From Auanema rhodensis (Eukaryota > Animalia > Nematoda), in contig OZ059894.1 in the NCBI GenBank assembly GCA_964057225.1, forward strand, positions 23,002,001 through 23,066,000: a stretch of DNA of 64,000 bases, written 5' to 3'. Below the pieces are notes generated by a model that was given only the letters and a program-made list of their open reading frames with translations, was not told the DNA's origin and did no database searches. Shown here one piece after another: positions 10,351 to 24,100 of this stretch; within the stretch, counting starts at the first letter, position 1; each line of letters opens with the position of its first letter. A program made the translations under genes and the position numbers.

Positions 10351-13300
10351 TAAATGTTTTTAGATTCCATTTTTCAAGGCAAAGACGATGGACAATGTTA
10401 TTCAACGAAAAAATTAATTCTTCAGGGTGAAAATCGAGGATATAAGTGTGAACTTATATCAGTTGATATCTCGGTGCATTTTTAAGCTAGCGCAAATCTG
10501 ATAACACAGATCGACGCAGCTTAAAAATCCGCATCGAATGCACTATACTACATTGAGAAACGCTTAATACAAAAATTAGTTATGATCGTTTGAAAAATGA
10601 TGCATTAGTGTATGTTGAGTTTCCATGTACACTCAACATTGCTTCCAAAAACATTTTGACAAAAATTTTTTCGAAAAATTTCAAAATAATTTAGCAAAAA
10701 GTAGATGTTTTTAGATTCCTTTTTTCAAGGCAAAGACGATGGACAATGTTTTTCAACGAAAAAATTATTTCTTCAGGGTGAAAATCGAGGATATAAGTGT
10801 GAACCTATATCAGTTGATATCTCGGTGCATTTTTAAGTTAGCGCAAATCTGATAACACAGATCGACGCAGCTTAAAAATCCGCATCGAATGCACTATACT
10901 ACATTGAGAAACGCTTGATACAAAAATTAGTTATGATCGTTTGAAAAATGATGCATTAGTGTATGTTGAGTTTCCATGTACACTCAACATTGCTTCCAAA
11001 AACATTTTGACAAAAATTTTTTCGAAAAATTTCAAAATAATTTAGCAAAAAGTAGATGTTTTTAGATTCTTTTTTTCGAGGCAAAGACGATGGACAATGT
11101 TATTCAACGAAAAAATCAATTCTTCAGGGTGAAAATCGAGGATATAAGTGTGAACTTATATCAGTTGATATCTCGGTGCATTTTTAAGCTAGCGCAAATC
11201 TGATAACACAGATCGACGCAGCTTAAAAATCCGCATCGAATGCACTCTACTACATTGAGAAACGCTTAATACAAAAATTAGTTATGATCGTTTGAAAAAT
11301 GATGCATTAGTGTATGTTGAGTTTCCATGTACACTCAATATTGCTTCCAAAAACATTTTGACAAAAATTTTTTCGAGAAATTTCAAAATAATTTAGCAAA
11401 AAGTAGATGTTTTTAGATTCCTTTTTTCAAGGCAAAGACGATGGACAATGTTATTCAACGAAAAAATTATTTCTTCAGGGTGAAAATCGAGGATATAAGT
11501 GTGAACTTATATCAGTTGATATCTCGGTGCATTTTTAAGCTAGCGCAAATCTGATAACACAGATCCACGCAGCTTAAAAATCCGCATCGAATGCACTATA
11601 CTACATTGAGAAACGCTTGATACAAAAATTAGTTATGATCGTTTGAAAAATGATGCATTAGTGTATGTTGAGTTTCCATGTACACTCAACATTGCTTCCA
11701 AAAACATTTTGACAAAAATTTTTTCGAAAAATTTCAAAATAATTTAGCAAAAAGTAGATGTTTTTAGATTCCATTTTTCAAGGCAAAGACGATGGACAAT
11801 GTTATTCAACGAAAAAATTAATTCTTCAGGGTGAAAATCGAGGATATAAGTGTGAACTTATATCAGTTGATATCTCGGTGCATTTTTAAGCTAGCGCAAA
11901 TCTGATAACACAGATCGACGCAGCTTAAAAATCCGCATCGAATGCACTATACTACATTGAGAAACGCTTGATACAAAAATTAGTTATGATCGTTTGAAAA
12001 ATGATGCATTAGTGTATGTTGAGTTTCCATGTACACTCAACATTGCTTCCAAAAACATTTTGACAAAAATTTTTTCGAAAAATTTCAAAATAATTTAGCA
12101 AAAAGTAAATGTTTTTAGATTCCATTTTTCAAGGCAAAGACGATGGACAATGTTATTCAACGAAAAAATTAATTCTTCAGGGTGAAAATCGAGGATATAA
12201 GTGTGAACTTATATCAGTTGATATCTCGGTGCATTTTTAAGCTAGCGCAAATCTGATAACACAGATCGACGCAGCTTAAAAATCCGCATCGAATGCACTA
12301 TACTACATTGAGAAACGCTTAATACAAAAATTAGTTATGATCGTTTGAAAAATGATGCATTAGTGTATGTTGAGTTTCCATGTACACTCAACATTGCTTC
12401 CAAAAACATTTTGACAAAAATTTTTTCGAAAAATTTCAAAATAATTTAGCAAAAAGTAGATGTTTTTAGATTCCTTTTTTCAAGGCAAAGACGATGGACA
12501 ATGTTTTTCAACGAAAAAATTATTTCTTCAGGGTGAAAATCGAGGATATAAGTGTGAACCTATATCAGTTGATATCTCGGTGCATTTTTAAGTTAGCGCA
12601 AATCTGATAACACAGATCGACGCAGCTTAAAAATCCGCATCGAATGCACTATACTACATTGAGAAACGCTTGATACAAAAATTAGTTATGATCGTTTGAA
12701 AAATGATGCATTAGTGTATGTTGAGTTTCCATGTACACTCAACATTGCTTCCAAAAACATTTTGACAAAAATTTTTTCGAAAAATTTCAAAATAATTTAG
12801 CAAAAAGTAGATGTTTTTAGATTCTTTTTTTCGAGGCAAAGACGATGGACAATGTTATTCAACGAAAAAATCAATTCTTCAGGGTGAAAATCGAGGATAT
12901 AAGTGTGAACTTATATCAGTTGATATCTCGGTGCATTTTTAAGCTAGCGCAAATCTGATAACACAGATCGACGCAGCTTAAAAATCCGCATCGAATGCAC
13001 TCTACTACATTGAGAAACGCTTAATACAAAAATTAGTTATGATCGTTTGAAAAATGATGCATTAGTGTATGTTGAGTTTCCATGTACACTCAATATTGCT
13101 TCCAAAAACATTTTGACAAAAATTTTTTCGAGAAATTTCAAAATAATTTAGCAAAAAGTAGATGTTTTTAGATTCCTTTTTTCAAGGCAAAGACGATGGA
13201 CAATGTTATTCAACGAAAAAATTATTTCTTCAGGGTGAAAATCGAGGATATAAGTGTGAACTTATATCAGTTGATATCTCGGTGCATTTTTAAGCTAGCG

Positions 13301-13482
13301 CAAATCTGATAACACAGATCCACGCAGCTTAAAAATCCGCATCGAATGCACTATACTACATTGAGAAACGCTTGATACAAAAATTAGTTATGATCGTTTG
13401 AAAAATGATGCATTAGTGTATGTTGAGTTTCCATGTACACTCAACATTGCTTCCAAAAACATTTTGACAAAAATTTTTTCGA
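9812..13482 (+). repeat. 5-monomer (1755 bp) HOR, 2 copies
   Basis: Variants at 10353/12108, 10751/12506 (ATGTTTTTCAA) and 11566/13321 (GATCCACG), plus TTCTTTTTTTCGAGG twice, all 1755 apart. Confidence 0.88.
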
Positions 13483-13499
13483 GAAATTTCAAAATAATT

Positions 13500-16400
13500 T
13501 AGCAAAAAGTAGATGTTTTTAGATTCCTTTTTTCAAGGCAAAGACGATGGACAATGTTATTCAACAAAAAAATTATTTCTTCAGGGTGAAAATCGAGGAT
13601 ATAAGTGTGAACTTATATCAGTTGATATCTCGGTGCATTTTTAAGCTAGCGCAAATCTGATAACACAGATCGACGCAGCTTAAAAATCCGCATCGAATGC
13701 ACTATACTACATTGAGAAACGCTTGATACAAAAATTAGTTATGATCGTTTGAAAAATGATGCATTAGTGTATGTTGAGTTTCCATGTACACTCAACATTG
13801 CTTCCAAAAACATTTTGACAAAAATTTTTTCGAAAAATTTCAAAATAATTTAGCAAAAAGTAGATGTTTTTAGATTCCTTTTTTCAAGGCAAAGACGATG
13901 GACAATGTTATTCAACGAAAAAATTATTTCTTCAGGGTGAAAATCGAGGATATAAGTGTGAACTTATATCAGTTGATATCTCGGTGCATTTTTATGCTAG
14001 CGCAAATCTGATAACACAGATCGACGCAGCTTAAAAATCCGCATCGAATGCACTATACTACATTGAGAAACGCTTGATACAAAAATTAGTTATGATCGTT
14101 TGAAAAATGATGCATTAGTGTATGTTGAGTTTCCATGTACACTCAACATTGCTTCCAAAAACATTTTGACAAAAATTTTTTCGAAAAATTTCAAAATAAT
14201 TTAGCAAAAAGTAGATGTTTTTCGATTCCTTTTTCAAGGCAAAGACGATGGACAATGTTATTCAACGAAAAAATTAATTCTTCAGGGTGAAAATCGAGGA
14301 TATAAGTGTGAACTTATATCAGTTGATATCTCGGTGCATTTTTAAGCTAGCGCAAATCTGATAACACAGATCGACGCAGCTTAAAAATCCGCATCGAATG
14401 CACTCTACTACATTGAGAAACGCTTAATACAAAAATTAGTTATGATCGTTTGAAAAATGATGCATTAGTGTATGTTGAGTTTCCATGTACACTCAATATT
14501 GCTTCCAAAAACATTTTGACAAAAATTTTTTCGAGAAATTTCAAAATAATTTAGCAAAAAGTAGATGTTTTTAGATTCCTTTTTTCAAGGCAAAGACGAT
14601 GGACAATGTTATTCAACGAAAAAATTATTTCTTCAGGGTGAAAATCGAGGATATAAGTGTGAACTTATATCAGTTGATATCTCGGTGCATTTTTAAGCTA
14701 GCGCAAATCTGATAACACAGATCCACGCAGCTTAAAAATCCGCATCGAATGCACTATACTACATTGAGAAACGCTTGATACAAAAATTAGTTATGATCGT
14801 TTGAAAAATGATGCATTAGTGTATGTTGAGTTTCCATGTACACTCAACATTGCTTCCAAAAACATTTTGACAAAAATTTTTTCGAAAAATTTCAAAAGAA
14901 TTTAGCAAAAAGTAGATGTTTTTAGATTCCATTTTTCAAGGCAAAGACGATAGACAATGTTATTTAACGAAAAAATTAATTCTTTAGGGTGAAAATCGAG
15001 GATATAAGTGTGAACTTATATCAGTTGATATCTCGGTGCATTTTTAAGCTAGCGCAAATCTGATCACACAGATCGACGCAGCTTAAAAATCCGCATCGAA
15101 TGCACTATACTACATTGAGAAACGTTTAATACACAAATTAGTTATGATCGTTTGAAAAATGATGCATTAGTGTATGTTGAGTTTCCATGTACACTCAATA
15201 TTGCTTCCAAAAACATTTTGACAAAAATTTTTTCGAAAAATTTCAAAAGAATTTAGCAAAAAGTAGATGTTTTTAGATTCCTTTTTTCAAGGCAAAGACG
15301 ATGGACAATGTTATTCAACAAAAAAATTATTTCTTCAGGGTGAAAATCGAGGATATAAGTGTGAACTTATATCAGTTGATATCTCGGTGCATTTTTAAGC
15401 TAGCGCAAATCTGATAACACAGATCGACGCAGCTTAAAAATCCGCATCGAATGCACTATACTACATTGAGAAACGCTTGATACAAAAATTAGTTATGATC
15501 GTTTGAAAAATGATGCATTAGTGTATGTTGAGTTTCCATGTACACTCAACATTGCTTCCAAAAACATTTTGACAAAAATTTTTTCGAAAAATTTCAAAAG
15601 AATTTAGCAAAAAGTAGATGTTTTTAGATTCCATTTTTCAAGGCAAAGACGATAGACAATGTTATTTAACGAAAAAATTAATTCTTCAGGGTGAAAATCG
15701 AGGATATAAGTTTAAACTTATATCAGTTGATATCTCGGTGCATTTTTAAGCTAGCGCAAATCTGATAACACAGATCGACGCAGCTTAAAAATCCGCATCG
15801 AATGCACTATACTACATTGAGAAACGCTTAATACACAAATTAGTTATGATCGTTTGAAAAATGATGCATTAGTGTATGTTGAGTTTCCATGTACACTCAA
15901 TATTGCTTCCAAAAACATTTTGACAAAAATTTTTTCGAAAAATTTCAAAAGAATTTAGCAAAAAGTAGATGTTTTTAGATTCCTTTTTTCAAGGCAAAGA
16001 CGATGGACAATGTTATTCAACAAAAAAATTATTTCTTCAGGGTGAAAATCGAGGATATAAGTGTGAACTTATATCAGTTGATATCTCGGTGCATTTTTAA
16101 GCTAGCGCAAATCTGATAACACAGATCGACGCAGCTTAAAAATCCGCATCGAATGCACTATACTACATTGAGAAACGCTTGATACAAAAATTAGTTATGA
16201 TCGTTTGAAAAATGATGCATTAGTGTATGTTGAGTTTCCATGTACACTCAACATTGCTTCCAAAAACATTTTGACAAAAATTTTTTCGAAAAATTTCAAA
16301 ATAATTTAGCAAAAAGTAGATGTTTTTAGATTCCTTTTTTCAAGGCAAAGACGATGGACAATGTTATTCAACGAAAAAATTATTTCTTCAGGGTGAAAAT

Positions 16401-19400
16401 CGAGGATATAAGTGTGAACTTATATCAGTTGATATCTCGGTGCATTTTTATGCTAGCGCAAATCTGATAACACAGATCGACGCAGCTTAAAAATCCGCAT
16501 CGAATGCACTATACTACATTGAGAAACGCTTGATACAAAAATTAGTTATGATCGTTTGAAAAATGATGCATTAGTGTATGTTGAGTTTCCATGTACACTC
16601 AACATTGCTTCCAAAAACATTTTGACAAAAATTTTTTCGAAAAATTTCAAAATAATTTAGCAAAAAGTAGATGTTTTTCGATTCCTTTTTCAAGGCAAAG
16701 ACGATGGACAATGTTATTCAACGAAAAAATTAATTCTTCAGGGTGAAAATCGAGGATATAAGTGTGAACTTATATCAGTTGATATCTCGGTGCATTTTTA
16801 AGCTAGCGCAAATCTGATAACACAGATCGACGCAGCTTAAAAATCCGCATCGAATGCACTCTACTACATTGAGAAACGCTTAATACAAAAATTAGTTATG
16901 ATCGTTTGAAAAATGATGCATTAGTGTATGTTGAGTTTCCATGTACACTCAATATTGCTTCCAAAAACATTTTGACAAAAATTTTTTCGAGAAATTTCAA
17001 AATAATTTAGCAAAAAGTAGATGTTTTTAGATTCCTTTTTTCAAGGCAAAGACGATGGACAATGTTATTCAACGAAAAAATTATTTCTTCAGGGTGAAAA
17101 TCGAGGATATAAGTGTGAACTTATATCAGTTGATATCTCGGTGCATTTTTAAGCTAGCGCAAATCTGATAACACAGATCCACGCAGCTTAAAAATCCGCA
17201 TCGAATGCACTATACTACATTGAGAAACGCTTGATACAAAAATTAGTTATGATCGTTTGAAAAATGATGCATTAGTGTATGTTGAGTTTCCATGTACACT
17301 CAACATTGCTTCCAAAAACATTTTGACAAAAATTTTTTCGAAAAATTTCAAAAGAATTTAGCAAAAAGTAGATGTTTTTAGATTCCATTTTTCAAGGCAA
17401 AGACGATAGACAATGTTATTTAACGAAAAAATTAATTCTTTAGGGTGAAAATCGAGGATATAAGTGTGAACTTATATCAGTTGATATCTCGGTGCATTTT
17501 TAAGCTAGCGCAAATCTGATCACACAGATCGACGCAGCTTAAAAATCCGCATCGAATGCACTATACTACATTGAGAAACGTTTAATACACAAATTAGTTA
17601 TGATCGTTTGAAAAATGATGCATTAGTGTATGTTGAGTTTCCATGTACACTCAATATTGCTTCCAAAAACATTTTGACAAAAATTTTTTCGAAAAATTTC
17701 AAAAGAATTTAGCAAAAAGTAGATGTTTTTAGATTCCTTTTTTCAAGGCAAAGACGATGGACAATGTTATTCAACAAAAAAATTATTTCTTCAGGGTGAA
17801 AATCGAGGATATAAGTGTGAACTTATATCAGTTGATATCTCGGTGCATTTTTAAGCTAGCGCAAATCTGATAACACAGATCGACGCAGCTTAAAAATCCG
17901 CATCGAATGCACTATACTACATTGAGAAACGCTTGATACAAAAATTAGTTATGATCGTTTGAAAAATGATGCATTAGTGTATGTTGAGTTTCCATGTACA
18001 CTCAACATTGCTTCCAAAAACATTTTGACAAAAATTTTTTCGAAAAATTTCAAAAGAATTTAGCAAAAAGTAGATGTTTTTAGATTCCATTTTTCAAGGC
18101 AAAGACGATAGACAATGTTATTTAACGAAAAAATTAATTCTTCAGGGTGAAAATCGAGGATATAAGTTTAAACTTATATCAGTTGATATCTCGGTGCATT
18201 TTTAAGCTAGCGCAAATCTGATAACACAGATCGACGCAGCTTAAAAATCCGCATCGAATGCACTATACTACATTGAGAAACGCTTAATACACAAATTAGT
18301 TATGATCGTTTGAAAAATGATGCATTAGTGTATGTTGAGTTTCCATGTACACTCAATATTGCTTCCAAAAACATTTTGACAAAAATTTTTTCGAAAAATT
18401 TCAAAAGAATTTAGCAAAAAGTAGATGTTTTTAGATTCCATTTTTCAAGGCAAAGACGATAGACAATGTTATTTAACGAAAAAATTAATTCTTTAGGGTG
18501 AAAATCGAGGATATAAGTGTGAACTTATATCAGTTGATATCTCGGTGCATTTTTAAGCTAGCGCAAATCTGATCACACAGATCGACGCAGCTTAAAAATC
18601 CGCATCGAATGCACTATACTACATTGAGAAACGCTTAATACACAAATTAGTTATGATCGTTTGAAAAATGATGCATTAGTGTATGTTGAGTTTCCATGTA
18701 CACTCAACATTGCTTCCAAAAACATTTTGACAAAAATTTTTTCGAAAAATTTCAAAATAATTTAGCAAAAAGTAGATGTTTTTAGATTCCTTTTTTCAAG
18801 GCAAAGACGATGGACAATGTTATTCAACGAAAAAATTATTTCTTCAGGGTGAAAATCGAGGATATAAGTGTGAACTTATATCAGTTGATATCTCGGTGCA
18901 TTTTTATGCTAGCGCAAATCTGATAACACAGATCGACGCAGCTTAAAAATCCGCATCGAATGCACTATACTACATTGAGAAACGCTTGATACAAAAATTA
19001 GTTATGATCGTTTGAAAAATGATGCATTAGTGTATGTTGAGTTTCCATGTACACTCAACATTGCTTCCAAAAACATTTTGACAAAAATTTTTTCGAAAAA
19101 TTTCAAAATAATTTAGCAAAAAGTAGATGTTTTTCGATTCCTTTTTCAAGGCAAAGACGATGGACAATGTTATTCAACGAAAAAATTAATTCTTCAGGGT
19201 GAAAATCGAGGATATAAGTGTGAACTTATATCAGTTGATATCTCGGTGCATTTTTAAGCTAGCGCAAATCTGATAACACAGATCGACGCAGCTTAAAAAT
19301 CCGCATCGAATGCACTCTACTACATTGAGAAACGCTTAATACAAAAATTAGTTATGATCGTTTGAAAAATGATGCATTAGTGTATGTTGAGTTTCCATGT

Positions 19401-21160
19401 ACACTCAATATTGCTTCCAAAAACATTTTGACAAAAATTTTTTCGAGAAATTTCAAAATAATTTAGCAAAAAGTAGATGTTTTTAGATTCCTTTTTTCAA
19501 GGCAAAGACGATGGACAATGTTATTCAACGAAAAAATTATTTCTTCAGGGTGAAAATCGAGGATATAAGTGTGAACTTATATCAGTTGATATCTCGGTGC
19601 ATTTTTAAGCTAGCGCAAATCTGATAACACAGATCCACGCAGCTTAAAAATCCGCATCGAATGCACTATACTACATTGAGAAACGCTTGATACAAAAATT
19701 AGTTATGATCGTTTGAAAAATGATGCATTAGTGTATGTTGAGTTTCCATGTACACTCAACATTGCTTCCAAAAACATTTTGACAAAAATTTTTTCGAAAA
19801 ATTTCAAAAGAATTTAGCAAAAAGTAGATGTTTTTAGATTCCATTTTTCAAGGCAAAGACGATAGACAATGTTATTTAACGAAAAAATTAATTCTTTAGG
19901 GTGAAAATCGAGGATATAAGTGTGAACTTATATCAGTTGATATCTCGGTGCATTTTTAAGCTAGCGCAAATCTGATCACACAGATCGACGCAGCTTAAAA
20001 ATCCGCATCGAATGCACTATACTACATTGAGAAACGTTTAATACACAAATTAGTTATGATCGTTTGAAAAATGATGCATTAGTGTATGTTGAGTTTCCAT
20101 GTACACTCAATATTGCTTCCAAAAACATTTTGACAAAAATTTTTTCGAAAAATTTCAAAAGAATTTAGCAAAAAGTAGATGTTTTTAGATTCCTTTTTTC
20201 AAGGCAAAGACGATGGACAATGTTATTCAACAAAAAAATTATTTCTTCAGGGTGAAAATCGAGGATATAAGTGTGAACTTATATCAGTTGATATCTCGGT
20301 GCATTTTTAAGCTAGCGCAAATCTGATAACACAGATCGACGCAGCTTAAAAATCCGCATCGAATGCACTATACTACATTGAGAAACGCTTGATACAAAAA
20401 TTAGTTATGATCGTTTGAAAAATGATGCATTAGTGTATGTTGAGTTTCCATGTACACTCAACATTGCTTCCAAAAACATTTTGACAAAAATTTTTTCGAA
20501 AAATTTCAAAAGAATTTAGCAAAAAGTAGATGTTTTTAGATTCCATTTTTCAAGGCAAAGACGATAGACAATGTTATTTAACGAAAAAATTAATTCTTCA
20601 GGGTGAAAATCGAGGATATAAGTTTAAACTTATATCAGTTGATATCTCGGTGCATTTTTAAGCTAGCGCAAATCTGATAACACAGATCGACGCAGCTTAA
20701 AAATCCGCATCGAATGCACTATACTACATTGAGAAACGCTTAATACACAAATTAGTTATGATCGTTTGAAAAATGATGCATTAGTGTATGTTGAGTTTCC
20801 ATGTACACTCAATATTGCTTCCAAAAACATTTTGACAAAAATTTTTTCGAAAAATTTCAAAAGAATTTAGCAAAAAGTAGATGTTTTTAGATTCCATTTT
20901 TCAAGGCAAAGACGATAGACAATGTTATTTAACGAAAAAATTAATTCTTTAGGGTGAAAATCGAGGATATAAGTGTGAACTTATATCAGTTGATATCTCG
21001 GTGCATTTTTAAGCTAGCGCAAATCTGATCACACAGATCGACGCAGCTTAAAAATCCGCATCGAATGCACTATACTACATTGAGAAACGCTTAATACACA
21101 AATTAGTTATGATCGTTTGAAAAATGATGCATTAGTGTATGTTGAGTTTCCATGTACACT
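13500..21160 (+). repeat. 7-monomer (2456 bp) HOR, ~3 copies
   Basis: TTTATGCTAG at 13995/16451/18907, AACGTTTAAT at 15125/17581/20037, and the GTTTAAAC palindrome starting at 15703/18159/20615. Spacing 2456 = 7x351-1. Confidence 0.92.
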
Positions 21161-24100
21161 CAATATTGCTTCCAAAAACATTTTGACAAAAATTTTTTCG
21201 AGAAATTTCAAAATAATTTAGCAAAAAGTAGATGTTTTCAGATTCCTTTTTTCAAGGCAAAGACGATGGACAATGTTATTCAACAAAAAAATTATTTCTT
21301 CAGGGTGAAAATCGAGGATATAAGTGTGAACTTATATCAGTTGATATCTCGGTGCATTTTTAAGCTAGCGCAAATCTGATAACACAGATCGACGCAGCTT
21401 AAAAATCCGCATCGAATGCACTATACTACATTGAGAAACGCTTGATACAAAAATTAGTTATGATCGTTTGAAAAATGATGCATTAGTGTATGTTGAGTTT
21501 CCATGTACACTCAACATTGCTTCCAAAAACATTTTGACAAAAATTTTTTCGAAAAATTTCAAAAGAATTTAGCAAAAAGTAGATGTTTTAAGATTCCATT
21601 TTTCAAGGCAAAGACGATAGACAATGTTATTTAACGAAAAAATTAATTCTTCAGGGTGAAAATCGAGGATATAAGTGTGAACTTATATCAGTTGATATCT
21701 CGGTGCATTTTTAAGCTAGCGCAAATCTGATCACACAGATCGACGCAGCTTAAAAATCCGCATCGAATGCACTATACTACATTGAGAAACGCTTAATACA
21801 CAAATTAGTTATGATCGTTTGAAAAATGATGCATTAGTGTATGTTGAGTTTCCATGTACACTCAATATTGCTTCCAAAAACATTTTGACAAAAATTTTTT
21901 CGAGAAATTTCAAAATAATTTAGCAAAAAGTAGATGTTTTCAGATTCCTTTTTTCAAGGCAAAGACGATGGACAATGTTATTCAACAAAAAAATTATTTC
22001 TTCAGGGTGAAAATCGAGGATATAAGTTTAAACTTATATCAGTTGATATCTCGGTGCATTTTTAAGCTAGCGCAAATCTGATAACACAGATCGACGCAGC
22101 TTAAAAATCCGCATCGAATGCACTATACTACATTGAGAAACGCTTGATACAAAAATTAGTTATGATCGTTTGAAAAATGATGCATTAGTGTATGTTGAGT
22201 TTCCATGTACACTCAACATTGCTTCCAAAAACATTTTGACAAAAATTTTTTCGAAAAATTTCAAAAGAATTTAGCAAAAAGTAGATGTTTTAAGATTCCA
22301 TTTTTCAAGGCAAAGACGATAGACAATGTTATTTAACGAAAAAATTAATTCTTCAGGGTGAAAATCGAGGATATAAGTGTGAACTTATATCAGTTGATAT
22401 CTCGGTGCATTTTTAAGCTAGCGCAAATCTGATAACACAGATCGACGCAGCTTAAAAATCCGCATCGAATGCACTATACTACATTGAGAAACGCTTGATA
22501 CAAAAATTAGTTATGATCGTTTGAAAAATGATGCATTAGTGTATGTTGAGTTTCCATGTACACTCAACATTGCTTCCAAAAACATTTTGACAAAAATTTT
22601 TTCGAAAAATTTCAAAAGAATTTAGCAAAAAGTAGATGTTTTTAGATTCCATTTTTCAAGGCAAAGACGATAGACAATGTTATTTAACGAAAAAATTAAT
22701 TCTTTAGGGTGAAAATCGAGGATATAAGTGCGAACTTATATCAGTTGATATCTCGGTGCATTTTTAAGCTAGCGCAAATCTGATCACACAGATCGACGCA
22801 GCTTAAAAATCCGCATCGAATGCACTATACTACATTGAGAAACGCTTAATACACAAATTAGTTATGATCGTTTGAAAAATGATGCATTAGTGTATGTTGA
22901 GTTTCCATGTACACTCAACATTGCTTCCAAAAACATTTTGACAAAAATTTTTTCGAAAAATTTCAAAAGAATTTAGCAAAAAGTAGATGTTTTTAGATTC
23001 CATTTTTCAAGGCAAAGACGATAGACAATGTTATTTAACGAAAAAATTAATTCTTTAGGGTGAAAATCGAGGATATAAGTGTGAACTTATATCAGTTGAT
23101 ATCTCGGTGCATTTTTAAGCTAGCGCAAATCTGATCACACAGATCGACGCAGCTTAAAAATCCGCATCGAATGCACTATACTACATTGAGAAACGCTTAA
23201 TACACAAATTAGTTATGATCGTTTGAAAAATGATGCATTAGTGTATGTTGAGTTTCCATGTACACTCAATATTGCTTCCAAAAACATTTTGACAAAAATT
23301 TTTTCGAAAAATTTCAAAAGAATTTAGCAAAAAGTAGATGTTTTTAGATTCCATTTTTCAAGGCAAAGACGATAGACAATGTTATTCAACGAAAAAATTA
23401 TTTCTTCAGGGTGAAAATCGAGGATATAAGTGTGAACTTATATCAGTTGATATCTCGGTGCATTTTTAAGCTAGCGCAAATCTGATCACACAGATCGACG
23501 CAGCTTAAAAATCCGCATCGAATGCACTTTACTACATTGAGAAACGCTTAATACAAAAATTAGTTATGATCGTTTGAAAAATGATGCATTAGTGTATGTT
23601 GAGTTTCCATGTACACTCAATATTGCTTCCAAAAACATTTTGACAAAAATTTTTTCGAAAAATTTCAAAATAATTTAGCAAAAAGTAGATGTTTTTAGAT
23701 TCCATTTTTCAAGGCAAAGACGATAGACAATGTTATTTAACGAAAAAATTAATTCTTTAGGGTGAAAATCGAGGATATAAGTGTGAACTTATATCAGTTG
23801 ATATCTCGATGCATTTTTAAGCTAGCGCAAATCTGATCACACAGATCGACGCAGCTTAAAAATCCGCATCGAATGCACTATACTACATTGAGAAACGCTT
23901 AATACACAAATTAGTTATGATCGTTTGAAAAATGATGCATTAGTGTATGTTGAGTTTCCATGTACACTCAATATTGCTTCCAAAAACATTTTGACAAAAA
24001 TTTTTTCGAAAAATTTCAAAAGAATTTAGCAAAAAGTAGATGTTTTTAGATTCCATTTTTCAAGGCAAAGACGATAGACAATGTTATTCAACGAAAAAAT

